Positions 18,386 to 27,905 are shown, counted from the stretch's first letter. The stretch is 64,000 nt of DNA from Alphaproteobacteria bacterium (GCA_025360605.1 JANYBV010000031.1:3063-67062), one strand, 5' to 3'. Notes: a model not told the origin generated them from the letters alone. Translations and numbers: made by a program.

Positions 18386-19243
18386 TTGGCATCTTTAGTA
18401 ATGGAACGGCTGCGCAGGCTGAAAGAACCAAGCGTCATTCCGGGGTTTGGCGTGACGCTGGCCTTTACGATTGCCTATCTCCTGCTGGTGGTGGTGATTC
18501 CGTTGTCGGGCCTTTTCTTCAAAGCCTCCAGCCTGACCTTGGGTGAATTCTGGGATACGGTGACCAGCGACCGCGTGATGCATGCGTATAAGATCAGTTT
18601 TGGCCTGTCGTTTCTGGCTGCGCTTATCAATAGTTTTTTCGGATTGATCATTGCGTGGATTCTTGCACGCTATCGCTTTGCGGGTAAAAAAATCATTGAT
18701 GCCATGGTGGATTTGCCGTTCGCATTGCCTACGGCGGTGGCGGGCATTGCACTCACGGCGTTATATGCGCCCGATGGCTGGATCGGGCAGTTCCTTGCGC
18801 CGCTGGGAGTCAAGGTGGCGTTTACACCGCTGGGGATTCTGATCGCGCTGCTGTTTGTCGGCCTGCCATTTATTGTCCGCACCGTTGAACCGATTTTGCA
18901 GGATGCCGAAAAAGAACTCGAAGAAGCCTCCTTAAGCCTTGGCGCGACGCGCTGGCAGACCTTTTATAAAGTTATCCTTCCCAGTATTCTGCCTGCCTTG
19001 CTGACGGGATTTGCCATGGCGTTTGCGCGCGGACTCGGCGAATACGGTTCGGTGATTTTCATTGCCGGTAACATTCCGAAGATGTCGGAAATTGTACCAC
19101 TGATTATTGTGATCAAGCTAGAGCAATATGACTATGCGGGGGCAACGGCGGTCGCCTGCGTCATGCTGGTGATTTCGTTCGTGCTGTTGTTCCTCATCAA
19201 CTGGCTGCAGCATTGGGCCGGTAAAGACAGGGCTAAGATATGA
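18386..19243 (+). CDS. cysT: sulfate/thiosulfate ABC transporter permease CysT
   Basis: 'AWILARYRFAGKKIIDAMVDLPFALPTAVAG' closely matches CysT. TTG 18386 lies 6 nt after AAGGA. An alternative ATG lies at 18401. Confidence 0.9.
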   Translation: MASLVMERLRRLKEPSVIPGFGVTLAFTIAYLLLVVVIPLSGLFFKASSLTLGEFWDTVTSDRVMHAYKISFGLSFLAALINSFFGLIIAWILARYRFAGKKIIDAMVDLPFALPTAVAGIALTALYAPDGWIGQFLAPLGVKVAFTPLGILIALLFVGLPFIVRTVEPILQDAEKELEEASLSLGATRWQTFYKVILPSILPALLTGFAMAFARGLGEYGSVIFIAGNIPKMSEIVPLIIVIKLEQYDYAGATAVACVMLVISFVLLFLINWLQHWAGKDRAKI

Positions 19244-20091
19244 GCGCGAAACACCGTTCGCCGATTTCTGAACCGATGTGGGTGCAAGCCTTGCTGATGG
19301 TTACCGGCCTTGGATTTATGGCGGTACTGGTGTTGTTGCCGATGGCGGTTGTGTTTGTCGAAGCGTTCCGTCAGGGCTTCGCTGCCTACCGTGATGCGCT
19401 TACCACCACGCAGGCTATTTCAGCTGTTCGTTTAACCCTGCTGGTGGCGGCGATTGCTGTGCCCTTGAATGTAGTATTTGGCCTTGCGGCGTCGTGGGCG
19501 ATTGCCAAATTTGAATTCACCGGTAAGCGTTTGTTGCTCACTTTTATTGACCTGCCTTTTTCGGTATCACCGGTGATTTCCGGTGTCATTTATATACTGT
19601 TGTTTGGTGCACACGGGGCGATTGGCGAATGGCTGTCTGACCATAATATCGAGATTGTATTTGCCGTTCCCGGCCTTGTGATTGCTACCATATTTGTCAC
19701 GTTTCCGTTCGTGGCGCGTGAACTAATTCCTCTCATGGAAGAACAGGGAACGGAAGAAGAAGAGGCATCGGTGATGCTTGGGGCGGGCGGCTGGCGCACA
19801 TTTTATTCCATCACGCTGCCGAATATCAAATGGGCGTTGTTCTACGGCGTATTGCTGTGTAACGCGCGTGCGATGGGGGAATTCGGGGCGGTGTCGGTGG
19901 TGTCGGGGCATATCCGTGGCAAAACCAACACTATTCCTCTTCATGTGGAAATCCTGTATAACGAGTATAATTTTGTGGCGGCATTTGCGGTTGCATCGAT
20001 TCTGACGATACTGGCGCTGGTGACATTGTTACTGAAGAGCTTTATCGAATTTAGGTTTGCTTCGGAAATACGTGCAAAAAACAAAGAATAG
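19240..20091 (+). CDS. cysW: sulfate/thiosulfate ABC transporter permease CysW
   Basis: Paralogous permease with the 'LLTFIDLPFSVSPVISG' EAA-type region. ATGA overlap with cysT. Confidence 0.9.
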   Translation: MSAKHRSPISEPMWVQALLMVTGLGFMAVLVLLPMAVVFVEAFRQGFAAYRDALTTTQAISAVRLTLLVAAIAVPLNVVFGLAASWAIAKFEFTGKRLLLTFIDLPFSVSPVISGVIYILLFGAHGAIGEWLSDHNIEIVFAVPGLVIATIFVTFPFVARELIPLMEEQGTEEEEASVMLGAGGWRTFYSITLPNIKWALFYGVLLCNARAMGEFGAVSVVSGHIRGKTNTIPLHVEILYNEYNFVAAFAVASILTILALVTLLLKSFIEFRFASEIRAKNKE

Positions 20092-20101
20092 CGAGTGATG
20101 A

Positions 20102-21322
20102 ATGGGCATTGAAGTTCGTAATATCCTGAAACAGTTTGGCAGCTTTTCCGCCATCAAAGACGTGAACCTCAAGGTCAATGACGGCGAGCTGGTGGCGCTG
20201 CTTGGCCCTTCAGGTTCCGGCAAAACCACGCTGCTGCGCATTATTGCAGGGCTTGAATATGCTGATTCCGGCTCGGTGCTGATCGATGACAAGGAAGCCA
20301 GCAGCCTGCACGTGAAAGAGCGCAATGTCGGCTTCGTGTTCCAGCATTATGCTTTGTTCAAGCACATGACGGTGTTTAACAACGTGGCGTTTGGTTTGCG
20401 CGTGCGTCCGAAACATCTGCGCCCGTCGCCTTCGGAAATTTCTGATCGTGTGATGGCGCTGCTCAAGCTCGTACATCTGGATACGTTTTATGACCGCTAT
20501 CCCTCGCAGCTTTCCGGCGGGCAAAGGCAGCGTGTGGCGTTGGCGCGTTCGCTGGCGGTAGAACCTAAATTGCTGCTGCTGGATGAACCGTTCGGTGCGC
20601 TCGATGCGAAGGTGCGTAAAGAACTGCGCCGCTGGCTGCGCCGCCTGCATGACGACATGCATATCACCAGTATTTTCGTAACCCACGATCAGGAAGAGGC
20701 GATGGAAGTCTCCGACCGCGTGGTGGTGATGAATAATGGCCGCATTGAACAGGTGGGAACACCCGAAGATGTCTACCACAAACCTGCCAACGGCTTCGTC
20801 TATGACTTTCTTGGCAACTATAACGAGTTCATCGGTTGGAAAGACGAGAGTGGCGGCATCCATCTGGCGGAAGATGATTTGTGGGAATCCACTACTCCCG
20901 ACATTGCACCGGTAGTGACGGGGCGGCAGCACTGGCTGTCTCGCTATCCCGAGCTGATCGGCGCGCTGCGCAAGGTGGTTCCCAGCCTACCCTTGCCGGG
21001 GGATGCAGTGGCTGTGCGTCAGAGCAGCAAAATGAGCCGCAGCCAGATGCGTACCTTATTAGCCGAACGCGGGATTCCTGTGCGTGTGTTTGCCCGCCCG
21101 CATGAAATGTTTGTCACCAAAATCCCTGACGACCAGCATGAATATATTCCGGTGGAAGTCACCCATATCAATCCAGCGGGAGCGCTGGCCAAGCTGGAAT
21201 TGCAACGCAAAAACGGCCTGATCCTGCAAGCGGAAATCCCTAAGACCATTACGGATTCGCTGGAAATACGTAAGGGCGATCAGGTTTTTGTCCGGCCCAA
21301 AAACGTACGGGTGTTTGAATGA
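20102..21322 (+). CDS. cysA: sulfate/thiosulfate import ATP-binding protein CysA (long C-terminal region)
   Basis: Walker A 'GPSGSGKTT', signature 'LSGGQRQR', Walker B 'LLLLDEPF'. 406 aa. Confidence 0.9.
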   Translation: MGIEVRNILKQFGSFSAIKDVNLKVNDGELVALLGPSGSGKTTLLRIIAGLEYADSGSVLIDDKEASSLHVKERNVGFVFQHYALFKHMTVFNNVAFGLRVRPKHLRPSPSEISDRVMALLKLVHLDTFYDRYPSQLSGGQRQRVALARSLAVEPKLLLLDEPFGALDAKVRKELRRWLRRLHDDMHITSIFVTHDQEEAMEVSDRVVVMNNGRIEQVGTPEDVYHKPANGFVYDFLGNYNEFIGWKDESGGIHLAEDDLWESTTPDIAPVVTGRQHWLSRYPELIGALRKVVPSLPLPGDAVAVRQSSKMSRSQMRTLLAERGIPVRVFARPHEMFVTKIPDDQHEYIPVEVTHINPAGALAKLELQRKNGLILQAEIPKTITDSLEIRKGDQVFVRPKNVRVFE

Positions 21323-21948
21323 CGGATCCGGTATTGAGAACTGATTCCACCTCACCCCCTGTTCGCGCCTTGCCGCAGGGGTGGCGCAAGAATCTGCCCA
21401 ATTACCTTACCTATCTTCGGATTGCGGTGATACCTGCCATTACCTTCACCTTTTTTATCAAAGGGGAATGGTCCTACTATCTGTCGACCTTGTTATTTGC
21501 CATTGCGGGGATAAGCGACTGGTTTGACGGCTATCTGGCACGCCGCTGGAATGCCCATTCCAAGCTTGGTCAGTTCCTCGACCCGATTGCTGATAAATTG
21601 CTGGTGGCAACCGTGCTGATGTTGTTGGTGGATGTGGAGAGGGCGGACCTGTTGCCGTCTATTGCCATTGTCTGTCGTGAAATTCTGGTGTCGGGATTGC
21701 GCGAGTTTCTGGCGGAAATCCGCGTCGGCATGCCGGTATCAAAACTGGCTAAAATCAAAACCGCCGCCCAGATGATTGCTATCGGGTTCCTGCTGCTGGG
21801 CAATGGTGGTCCGGCGTGGATGCATCTGGTGTTTTTCGGTCGGGCGCTGCTGTGGATGGCGGCCCTGTTAACGCTGGTCACGGGCTATACCTATCTCCGC
21901 CTCGGGCTGAAGCATATGACCGAAGAGACCGACAAAAATTCTGCCTAA
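21319..21948 (+). CDS. pgsA: CDP-diacylglycerol--glycerol-3-phosphate 3-phosphatidyltransferase
   Basis: CDP-alcohol phosphatidyltransferase motif '[11 protein letters not shown]...[10 protein letters not shown]'. ATGA overlap with cysA. Confidence 0.9.
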   Translation: MTDPVLRTDSTSPPVRALPQGWRKNLPNYLTYLRIAVIPAITFTFFIKGEWSYYLSTLLFAIAGISDWFDGYLARRWNAHSKLGQFLDPIADKLLVATVLMLLVDVERADLLPSIAIVCREILVSGLREFLAEIRVGMPVSKLAKIKTAAQMIAIGFLLLGNGGPAWMHLVFFGRALLWMAALLTLVTGYTYLRLGLKHMTEETDKNSA

Positions 21949-22098
21949 AAATTAGGCAGGCAATCGGCCGTTTGGTTAAAATCTATGCATATTTTTTAGG
22001 CATAAGTCTCTGAGGCTGGCTCTGAGAGCCATTTTAACGCGTGGCACGCTTCTGGCTATATCTACCGCTATAGATTGACATCCAAGGAGTTTACGACC

Positions 22099-22293
22099 AT
22101 GCACCACGCTACCCACTCACGGATCAGGAAAACAGCCCTGATTGCCTTATCGCTTCTGGCACTCACCAGCCTCTCGGCATGCGCTAACGGCGTTCCTACT
22201 GGCCCGCAGGCAGCGGCTACCGGTGCGGGATGGGAACATGTGCATGACGGCTTGCTGATTGGCAATATCTACACCGGCGACGACCATATCTAG
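22099..22293 (+). CDS. small lipoprotein (64 aa)
   Basis: AAGGAG lies 9 nt upstream of ATG 22099. Lipobox 'LTSLSAC'. Confidence 0.55.
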   Translation: MHHATHSRIRKTALIALSLLALTSLSACANGVPTGPQAAATGAGWEHVHDGLLIGNIYTGDDHI

Positions 22294-22305
22294 GAATTGC
22301 CGGCT

Positions 22306-23184
22306 TTAGCTCGGCTGCAGGATGCGGGCGCTGTAATCTTCCATTAACTGCTTTGTCACAGGGCCTACAGCGAATGTATGTTCGCCGATCACGCCGATCG
22401 GGGTGACTTCCGCTGCCGTACCCGCCAGAAAGGCCTCTGAGGCCTTGGCAAGCTCTTCCAGCTGGATATGGCGCTCCACAACCTTCAGGCCGCGTTTACG
22501 GGCCAGTTCCATGACCGTGCGGCGGGTAATGCCGTCGAGGAAGCAGTCCGGTGTCGGGGTGTGTAATTCCCCGTTCATGACGAAAAACATATTCGCACCG
22601 GTGGCTTCGGCGATAAAGCCACGGTAATCCAGCATCAGCGCATCGTCGAATCCGGCATCCTCGGCAGCATGCTTGGACAGGGTGCAGATCATGTACAGCC
22701 CCGCTGCTTTGCTGGCGGTAGGCGCCATGTTAGGGGCAGGGCGCGCCCATTTGGAGATTTGCAGCTTCAGGCCACGCTCTTTGGCTTCCTTGCCGAAATA
22801 GCTTGGCCATTCCCATGTGGCAATCGCGAGGTGGATGGTGGTTTTCTGTGCCGACACGGCCATCATTTCGCTGCCGCGCCATGCCACAGGGCGGATATAG
22901 CCGTTATGGATTTTCTGTTTTTCAATGATATCAAGCGTAGCTTTTTCAATTTCTTCCAGCGAGTAGGGAATTTTGAAACCAAGAAGTTTACCGGATTTGA
23001 TCAGGCGCTGCGAATGTTCGCGTAGCTTGAACACCTTGCCCTCATAGGCACGTTCACCCTCAAACACGCAGGAGCCATAATGCAGGCCGTGGGTCAGCAC
23101 ATGCACCTTGGCATCGCGCCACGGGATTATTTTTCCATCCATCCAGATAAAACCATCGCGGTCGTCAAATGGTATCAACGTCAT
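22306..23184 (-). CDS. ilvE: branched-chain amino acid aminotransferase
   Basis: 292 aa. Class IV aminotransferase N-terminus 'WMDGKIIPWRDAKVHVLTHGLHYGSCVFEGERAY'. Confidence 0.95.
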   Translation of the reverse strand: MTLIPFDDRDGFIWMDGKIIPWRDAKVHVLTHGLHYGSCVFEGERAYEGKVFKLREHSQRLIKSGKLLGFKIPYSLEEIEKATLDIIEKQKIHNGYIRPVAWRGSEMMAVSAQKTTIHLAIATWEWPSYFGKEAKERGLKLQISKWARPAPNMAPTASKAAGLYMICTLSKHAAEDAGFDDALMLDYRGFIAEATGANMFFVMNGELHTPTPDCFLDGITRRTVMELARKRGLKVVERHIQLEELAKASEAFLAGTAAEVTPIGVIGEHTFAVGPVTKQLMEDYSARILQPS

Positions 23185-23192
23185 ACTGTTCC

Positions 23193-23999
23193 TTATATAT
23201 CGAGTGAAATTGCTGAAATCTGGCGGCCGTAGACCGGCTCCTGATGGAGTGTCGCGCGGCGGAAGCTGAAAAAATCCTCTTCTTGCTGGCAGGTATCGTG
23301 CGACAGCATGTTGACCTGCTGGACACCGGCGTTGCGCAGGCGGTCTTTGACATAGGCCTTGAGGTCAAACATGTAATGGTTGGTTCGCGCGGAAGGTACA
23401 AAATAAATCGTATTGGCGCTTTCGCTCACGACGAAGCGTTCATAAAATTCCGCTCCCACCTCGTACGAGCCTTGGCCGATAGCAGGGCCGACCGTGGCGA
23501 TAATGTTGGGGAGGGCCGCGCCTAACGACTGCATAGCTTCCAGCGTGGATTCAATGATGCCGTTGAAGGCACCCTTCCATCCGGCGTGGGCGGCAGCGAT
23601 CACGTGGTGGGTGCTGTCAGCGAAAAGGACAGGCACGCAATCGGCGGTTAATACGCCAATGGCAATTCCGGGTTCACTGGTGACCAGTGCATCGGCTTCG
23701 GGTGCGTGCGACCAGTGCCACGGCTTGGTGATAATCACGGCCTTGGCGCTGTGAATCTGGTAAGCGGTGCAGAGCGTGGCGGCATTCACCCGAAGCGTAT
23801 CGGCGACGATAGCGCGGTTTTCGGCGACCAGCACCGTGTCATCCCCCGAGCCGAAGCCGCAATTAAGGGAGTCATACAGCCCCGTGCTTACGCCGCCATT
23901 ACGGCCAAAGAAGCCATGGCGTACACCCTTAGCTTCCTGCAGCATCGGGCAAGTGAAGGGCGAAAGTAATGAATCTTCAATTTTTAACGGATGTGTCAT
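23193..23999 (-). CDS. pgeF: peptidoglycan editing factor PgeF / YfiH (DUF152 laccase-domain protein)
   Basis: 'TADCVPV' and 'AAHAGWKGAFNGI' motifs. Confidence 0.9.
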   Translation of the reverse strand: MTHPLKIEDSLLSPFTCPMLQEAKGVRHGFFGRNGGVSTGLYDSLNCGFGSGDDTVLVAENRAIVADTLRVNAATLCTAYQIHSAKAVIITKPWHWSHAPEADALVTSEPGIAIGVLTADCVPVLFADSTHHVIAAAHAGWKGAFNGIIESTLEAMQSLGAALPNIIATVGPAIGQGSYEVGAEFYERFVVSESANTIYFVPSARTNHYMFDLKAYVKDRLRNAGVQQVNMLSHDTCQQEEDFFSFRRATLHQEPVYGRQISAISLDI

Positions 24000-24066
24000 G
24001 CCGTCAATATAACGTGTAGGTAGCGGGATGAAAAGTTAAATGTCTGCGCTTTAGAAACCTTCCGGC

Positions 24067-25128
24067 CTAAAAACCTTCTGGTTTGGGCATGCTCGGGTGG
24101 GTAATGCACAGTGCCTTGAACAGCTCGCCCATCTGGTCAGCGGCCGTCAGGCGGGCAAGACCCGATAACAGCAGCTTCTTTTGCTTGGCTGAGGCTTTTT
24201 CACATAAGGCGATGGTGCGCTCCTTGGCGCCGAGGCGGCCCAATAGTTCACCCTGTGTAACGGGGCCATAAATCACGCAGCCCCCTTCGGCAGCGGCGTG
24301 GGTGAGGTTATAAAAATCGACATGGGCGGTGATATCGGCGGTTCCGGGTTCCACCAGCACATCGTGGGACTCATGCTGGCGCACCGATTGCAGGGTGTTG
24401 CCGTGCGAGCGTTCATAGTAGCCGTAATCAATGACGAGTGCTGTGCCGCCGTAACTATTGATACGGTTGCTTACCACTTCCATCAGCTTGTTGGCGGCAT
24501 CGCAATATTCGTACAGACGGTCGGACACCGGCTCATCCTTAAGGAGTTCCGGCGGTGTCGCTTCATTAAAGACGAACTCCAGCGAGTCATTGGAAGCCAG
24601 CGCAATGCAGCGTTCCTGCCAGCCCGTTTCGCTATGGAGGAACTGGCGGATCGGTAGTGCATCAAAAAATTCATTCGCTACCAGCAGCAACGGCTTGGCG
24701 GGTATTTCTGCAAAACCGGTATGCCAGAGGATATCAGGATGTTTGCCTGCGAGTGAGTTCCATTGTTTTTGGCGCAGCGTGGTTGAAATTTCCATCAGGT
24801 GAACACTGATGGCTTCATGGAAGCCTTTGACATTGGCGGTAGCGCGCAGGATATCGGCCATCAAGGTGCCACGGCCCGGTCCTATTTCAGCCAGAGCGGC
24901 TTGTGGTTTGCCCATTATCACCCACTGTGTTACCAGCCATGCACCAATAAGCTCGCCGAAAATCTGGCTGATTTCCGGTGCGGTGGTGAAATCACCCTGC
25001 ACGCCGAACGGATCGCGGCGGATGTAATATCCGTCTTCGGGATGGGCCAGCGCAAGCGCCATATATTCCGAGATGGACATCGGGCCTTGCTCTTTGATGC
25101 GGTCTTTGATTAATTGCTCGACAGTCAC
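24067..25128 (-). CDS. MidA/NDUFAF7-family SAM-dependent methyltransferase (DUF185)
   Basis: 'GDFTTAPEISQIFGELIG' and 'EIGPGRGTLMAD'. Start set to GTG 25128, which forms a GTGA overlap with the lgt stop. The track start 25272 lies inside lgt. Confidence 0.85.
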   Translation of the reverse strand: MTVEQLIKDRIKEQGPMSISEYMALALAHPEDGYYIRRDPFGVQGDFTTAPEISQIFGELIGAWLVTQWVIMGKPQAALAEIGPGRGTLMADILRATANVKGFHEAISVHLMEISTTLRQKQWNSLAGKHPDILWHTGFAEIPAKPLLLVANEFFDALPIRQFLHSETGWQERCIALASNDSLEFVFNEATPPELLKDEPVSDRLYEYCDAANKLMEVVSNRINSYGGTALVIDYGYYERSHGNTLQSVRQHESHDVLVEPGTADITAHVDFYNLTHAAAEGGCVIYGPVTQGELLGRLGAKERTIALCEKASAKQKKLLLSGLARLTAADQMGELFKALCITHPSMPKPEGF

Positions 25129-25955
25129 GTGGTTTGGCGCTTCGCTAGTGGTTGAGGTGGACGACGGAAAACCAGATACAGCCCATAGGCCAGCATGGGC
25201 AAGGACAATATTTGCCCCATGGTAACAAATCCCATGAAAAACCCTAAAAACTCGTCCGGTTCGCGGAAACATTCCACGATCATGCGTGCAATAGCGTATC
25301 CGGCGATGAAGGTGCCGCCCAGCATGCCGGCCTTGTCACGCGCCGAGGTGTATTTCAAGAGGTAATGCAGCACCGAAAATAATACGATGCCTTCAAGCCC
25401 CGCTTCGTAGAGCTGGCTGGGATGGCGTGACAGGTCACCGCCACGCGGAAATACCATTGCCCATGACACATCGCTGGCGCGTCCATAGAGTTCACCATTG
25501 ATGAAATTGGCGAGGCGGCCAAAGAATAATCCGAACGGCGTGGCGCAGGCGATCACGTCAATCAGTTCAAAAAAACGGATCTGGTGCTTGCGGCAAAAGA
25601 GCAAGAAGGCAGTGATGACTCCGATCAGGCCGCCATGGAACGACATACCACCTTCCCATAAATGCAGTATCTGGTCGGGATGCTCTATATAATAGTCTGG
25701 TTTGTAGAACAGCACATAGCCCAAGCGGCCACCGCCGATGATGCCGACCACTGCCCATGTGACCATATCTTCCAGCGCTTTTTCATTAAGGTTGTGGATG
25801 GGCTTACGCGCATGTTCCTTGGCGATGTACCACCAGCCGAGCAAAATGCCTGCGATATAGGCCAGCGAATACCAGCGGACGGCCAGCGCGCCCAGATAGG
25901 GTATAGGACCGATATGCACGGCCACAGGATCAATGTTGGGGAAGGGGAGGGACAT
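25125..25955 (-). CDS. lgt: prolipoprotein diacylglyceryl transferase
   Basis: 276-aa polytopic protein. 'WEGGMSFHGGLIG' and 'GRLANFINGELYGR' are Lgt signatures. Confidence 0.95.
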   Translation of the reverse strand: MSLPFPNIDPVAVHIGPIPYLGALAVRWYSLAYIAGILLGWWYIAKEHARKPIHNLNEKALEDMVTWAVVGIIGGGRLGYVLFYKPDYYIEHPDQILHLWEGGMSFHGGLIGVITAFLLFCRKHQIRFFELIDVIACATPFGLFFGRLANFINGELYGRASDVSWAMVFPRGGDLSRHPSQLYEAGLEGIVLFSVLHYLLKYTSARDKAGMLGGTFIAGYAIARMIVECFREPDEFLGFFMGFVTMGQILSLPMLAYGLYLVFRRPPQPLAKRQTT

Positions 25956-26018
25956 TTCTGCTTCAGAAGAAAACGTTGCTGAGGGGGCAAATAATAAGAG
26001 AAGGAAAGCCTATGGCAA

Positions 26019-26384
26019 CTAATATTCGTCCCAGTTCTTTTTTTCCATATTCTCAAGTGGTGCGTTTGCGCCTCGGTGGATGGTACCGGAGTTTTCAACA
26101 AATCCGGGGAAGGCAACGGCAATTTCTGCTTTAATATCCGGAGGTGGTTCGCCCTTGCCTGCGGCAATGACAGTGCCGTAATCGGAGACGTTGAATTTCT
26201 GGTCGCCTTTTAATACGGTGTTGAGTTCTTTCATTTGTTTAATGCTTACCTTGACATAGCAATAAACGAAATCATTGAAGGCATTTTTTCCGCGCAGCAA
26301 AATGATAGCGAACTGATCTTTGAAGAGATCGTCAAAGTCGACGGCACCATTATTTAAAACTTCTGCGCTCCATTTTGTCGACAT
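26019..26384 (-). CDS. small hypothetical protein, 'DYG' family paralog 1
   Basis: 121 aa. Shares 'FNVSDYGTVIAAGKGEPPPDI' and upstream hydrophobic blocks with 41208-41492 and 63223-63564. Confidence 0.6.
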   Translation of the reverse strand: MSTKWSAEVLNNGAVDFDDLFKDQFAIILLRGKNAFNDFVYCYVKVSIKQMKELNTVLKGDQKFNVSDYGTVIAAGKGEPPPDIKAEIAVAFPGFVENSGTIHRGANAPLENMEKKNWDEY

Positions 26385-26538
26385 GTCGTCTCAAGTCCAA
26401 AAATTGACCAAACCTCTTACAACACACTATCCTCATTATAACTATAATGAAAATGTGCCAAATGTAAATGTAAAAACAATAAGTTAATTTAGATTTAAGA
26501 AAGGGGAGTCAGGGAAGTAATAGGGGCAAAATGGTGGG

Positions 26539-26581
26539 GTAAAATTATTTAACCATTGCGTATCAATGGGTTAAATAATTA
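26539..26581 (-). terminator. hairpin overlapping the stop of the 95-aa gene
   Basis: Inverted repeat aattatttaaccattg / caatgggttaaataatt (26543-26558 / 26564-26580) with loop cgtat. A short T-run follows on the minus strand. Confidence 0.45.
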
Positions 26582-26866
26582 ACTTCTGCCGGTTTCCTTG
26601 GCTTCAGGGACAATGCCCTGAGGGGTCGTATTGAGAGCCAGCTGATCGCCGGTTTTTGCAAGGCCGCCCATTTCCTGCATTCCATTCTTAGCAAGCTCGA
26701 CTGCCTGATTGGCCATCTTGCCTACTTCACCGGCTGCACTTGAAATGAATTTGGTGGGGTCAACGTTATCTAATCCGAGAGATGCCAAAAGGCCTTTTGA
26801 GACTCCTGCGGCATCCTTGAATAACTTGCCTGCTTCGTTCGTCGATCCTTTGTTTTCATCACCCAT
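26579..26866 (-). CDS. hypothetical 95-aa Gly/Ala/Lys-rich protein
   Basis: ORF of plausible coding composition followed by a hairpin. No recognisable domain. Confidence 0.5.
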   Translation of the reverse strand: MGDENKGSTNEAGKLFKDAAGVSKGLLASLGLDNVDPTKFISSAAGEVGKMANQAVELAKNGMQEMGGLAKTGDQLALNTTPQGIVPEAKETGRS

Positions 26867-26977
26867 AATCGTAACTCTTTTATGTATGCCGTGTTTGCGT
26901 TCTTACAATTTAATACTATCGAAAACGGGGGGGGCTATCAAACGCTATAAGCAGGCAAACCCTATTATTCATCGAGC

Positions 26978-27005
26978 TGTAACGTGGTTGTAACGCAACT
27001 GTAAC
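26978..27005 (+). promoter_or_regulatory. three TGTAAC direct repeats spaced exactly 11 bp
   Basis: TGTAAC at 26978, 26989 and 27000 (cTGTAACg / tTGTAACg / cTGTAACa), 112-140 bp upstream of the 95-aa gene start. Confidence 0.3.
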
Positions 27006-27190
27006 AAAGCGGAAACCAAACTGTCAAAATAGCCTGTGGATAAGTGGCATTTGTGCTAAATGCCACTTGCAAAAAACGATTTAAAATGTTTTAAAACAGA
27101 TGGTTGTATTGTTTTTGAGTCAGGAAATGGGTGTTGGAGGGATTTTATCGTTGGGAGGAAAGATAAAGGATGCTCGGGAAGTGATGCATC

Positions 27191-27259
27191 AAAAAAGTTT
27201 CCCGATAGCGGCGTTTTTGGATAGCGATTGGGGCGGTACCCAAAAACGCTGCTATCGGG
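27191..27259 (-). terminator. rho-independent-type terminator downstream of the MmeI-like fragment
   Basis: 18-bp arms cccgatagcggcgttttt / aaaaacgctgctatcggg (one mismatch) with a 23-nt loop, followed on the minus strand by AAACTTTTTT. Confidence 0.5.
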
Positions 27260-27278
27260 AACAGTCGGGGAGATACTG

Positions 27279-27905
27279 TTAAAAGGCGGAACCCGCAGCG
27301 GTACCATTGGTGGTGTAATGGTTGAAGGCGGGGGTTTTATAATCGCTTGCTTCTGTCATTTCCGGTGTATCGTCGTACATATTGATCAGAAGCATCGATA
27401 ATTTGTGTTGCAGGCTCAGCAAAAAGCCCACGCGGCTGTCATCCGAGGTGAAGCGGTACTGGCCATACGCATCGTCCACTGCCTTGTCGAGCGCTTTATG
27501 CGCATCGTGCAGGGCCGCAGGCATGGTCATCGGGTTATAGAGTTCGGAAAGGGTGGCGGCGGGATACTGAGCGCGTACTTTCAGCACGGTGAGCGCCCGT
27601 TCCTCAATAGCGCTGATATGACCCAGCGTATGGGCAATTGGCCATGGAAAGTTTTTGATGGTAGGACTGTGATGGGAGCGGTCATAGCAATTCACGCGGC
27701 CCGCCACACATTTAATCCATGCCATATACATGGACGAATTCAATACGCCGAACTGGAATAAATCGGACTCGGGGGAGACATACCAGTAATTACCCGCATT
27801 AATTTTGTTGGTAAACATCGTGGGTAAATATTCCCAATTTTCACATGTGGCGCGTGGGACTACTAAGTATGTTGCCGCAAAATCATTGTTATCAAAGCTG
27901 CTCAT
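27279..27905 (-). CDS. stand-alone C-terminal fragment of an MmeI-family (type IIL) restriction-modification enzyme; probable gene remnant
   Basis: 208 aa. 'YLVVPRATCENWEYLP', 'FGVLNSSMYMAWIKCVAGR...NFPWP' and 'LSELYNPMTMPAALHDAHKALDKAVDDAYG...RVGFLL' match the TRD/C-terminal end of ~900-aa MmeI-like enzymes as I remember them. The helicase-like, nuclease and methylase parts are absent. Has its own AGGAGG SD. Confidence 0.65.
   Translation of the reverse strand: MSSFDNNDFAATYLVVPRATCENWEYLPTMFTNKINAGNYWYVSPESDLFQFGVLNSSMYMAWIKCVAGRVNCYDRSHHSPTIKNFPWPIAHTLGHISAIEERALTVLKVRAQYPAATLSELYNPMTMPAALHDAHKALDKAVDDAYGQYRFTSDDSRVGFLLSLQHKLSMLLINMYDDTPEMTEASDYKTPAFNHYTTNGTAAGSAF

Noticed and set aside
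27042-27068. 11-bp perfect hairpin (aagtggcattt-gtgct-aaatgccactt) considered as a terminator.
   Set aside because: The adjacent A/T run is on the wrong side for both transcription directions, and the nearest stop codon is more than 200 nt away. Function unknown, possibly a protein-binding palindrome.
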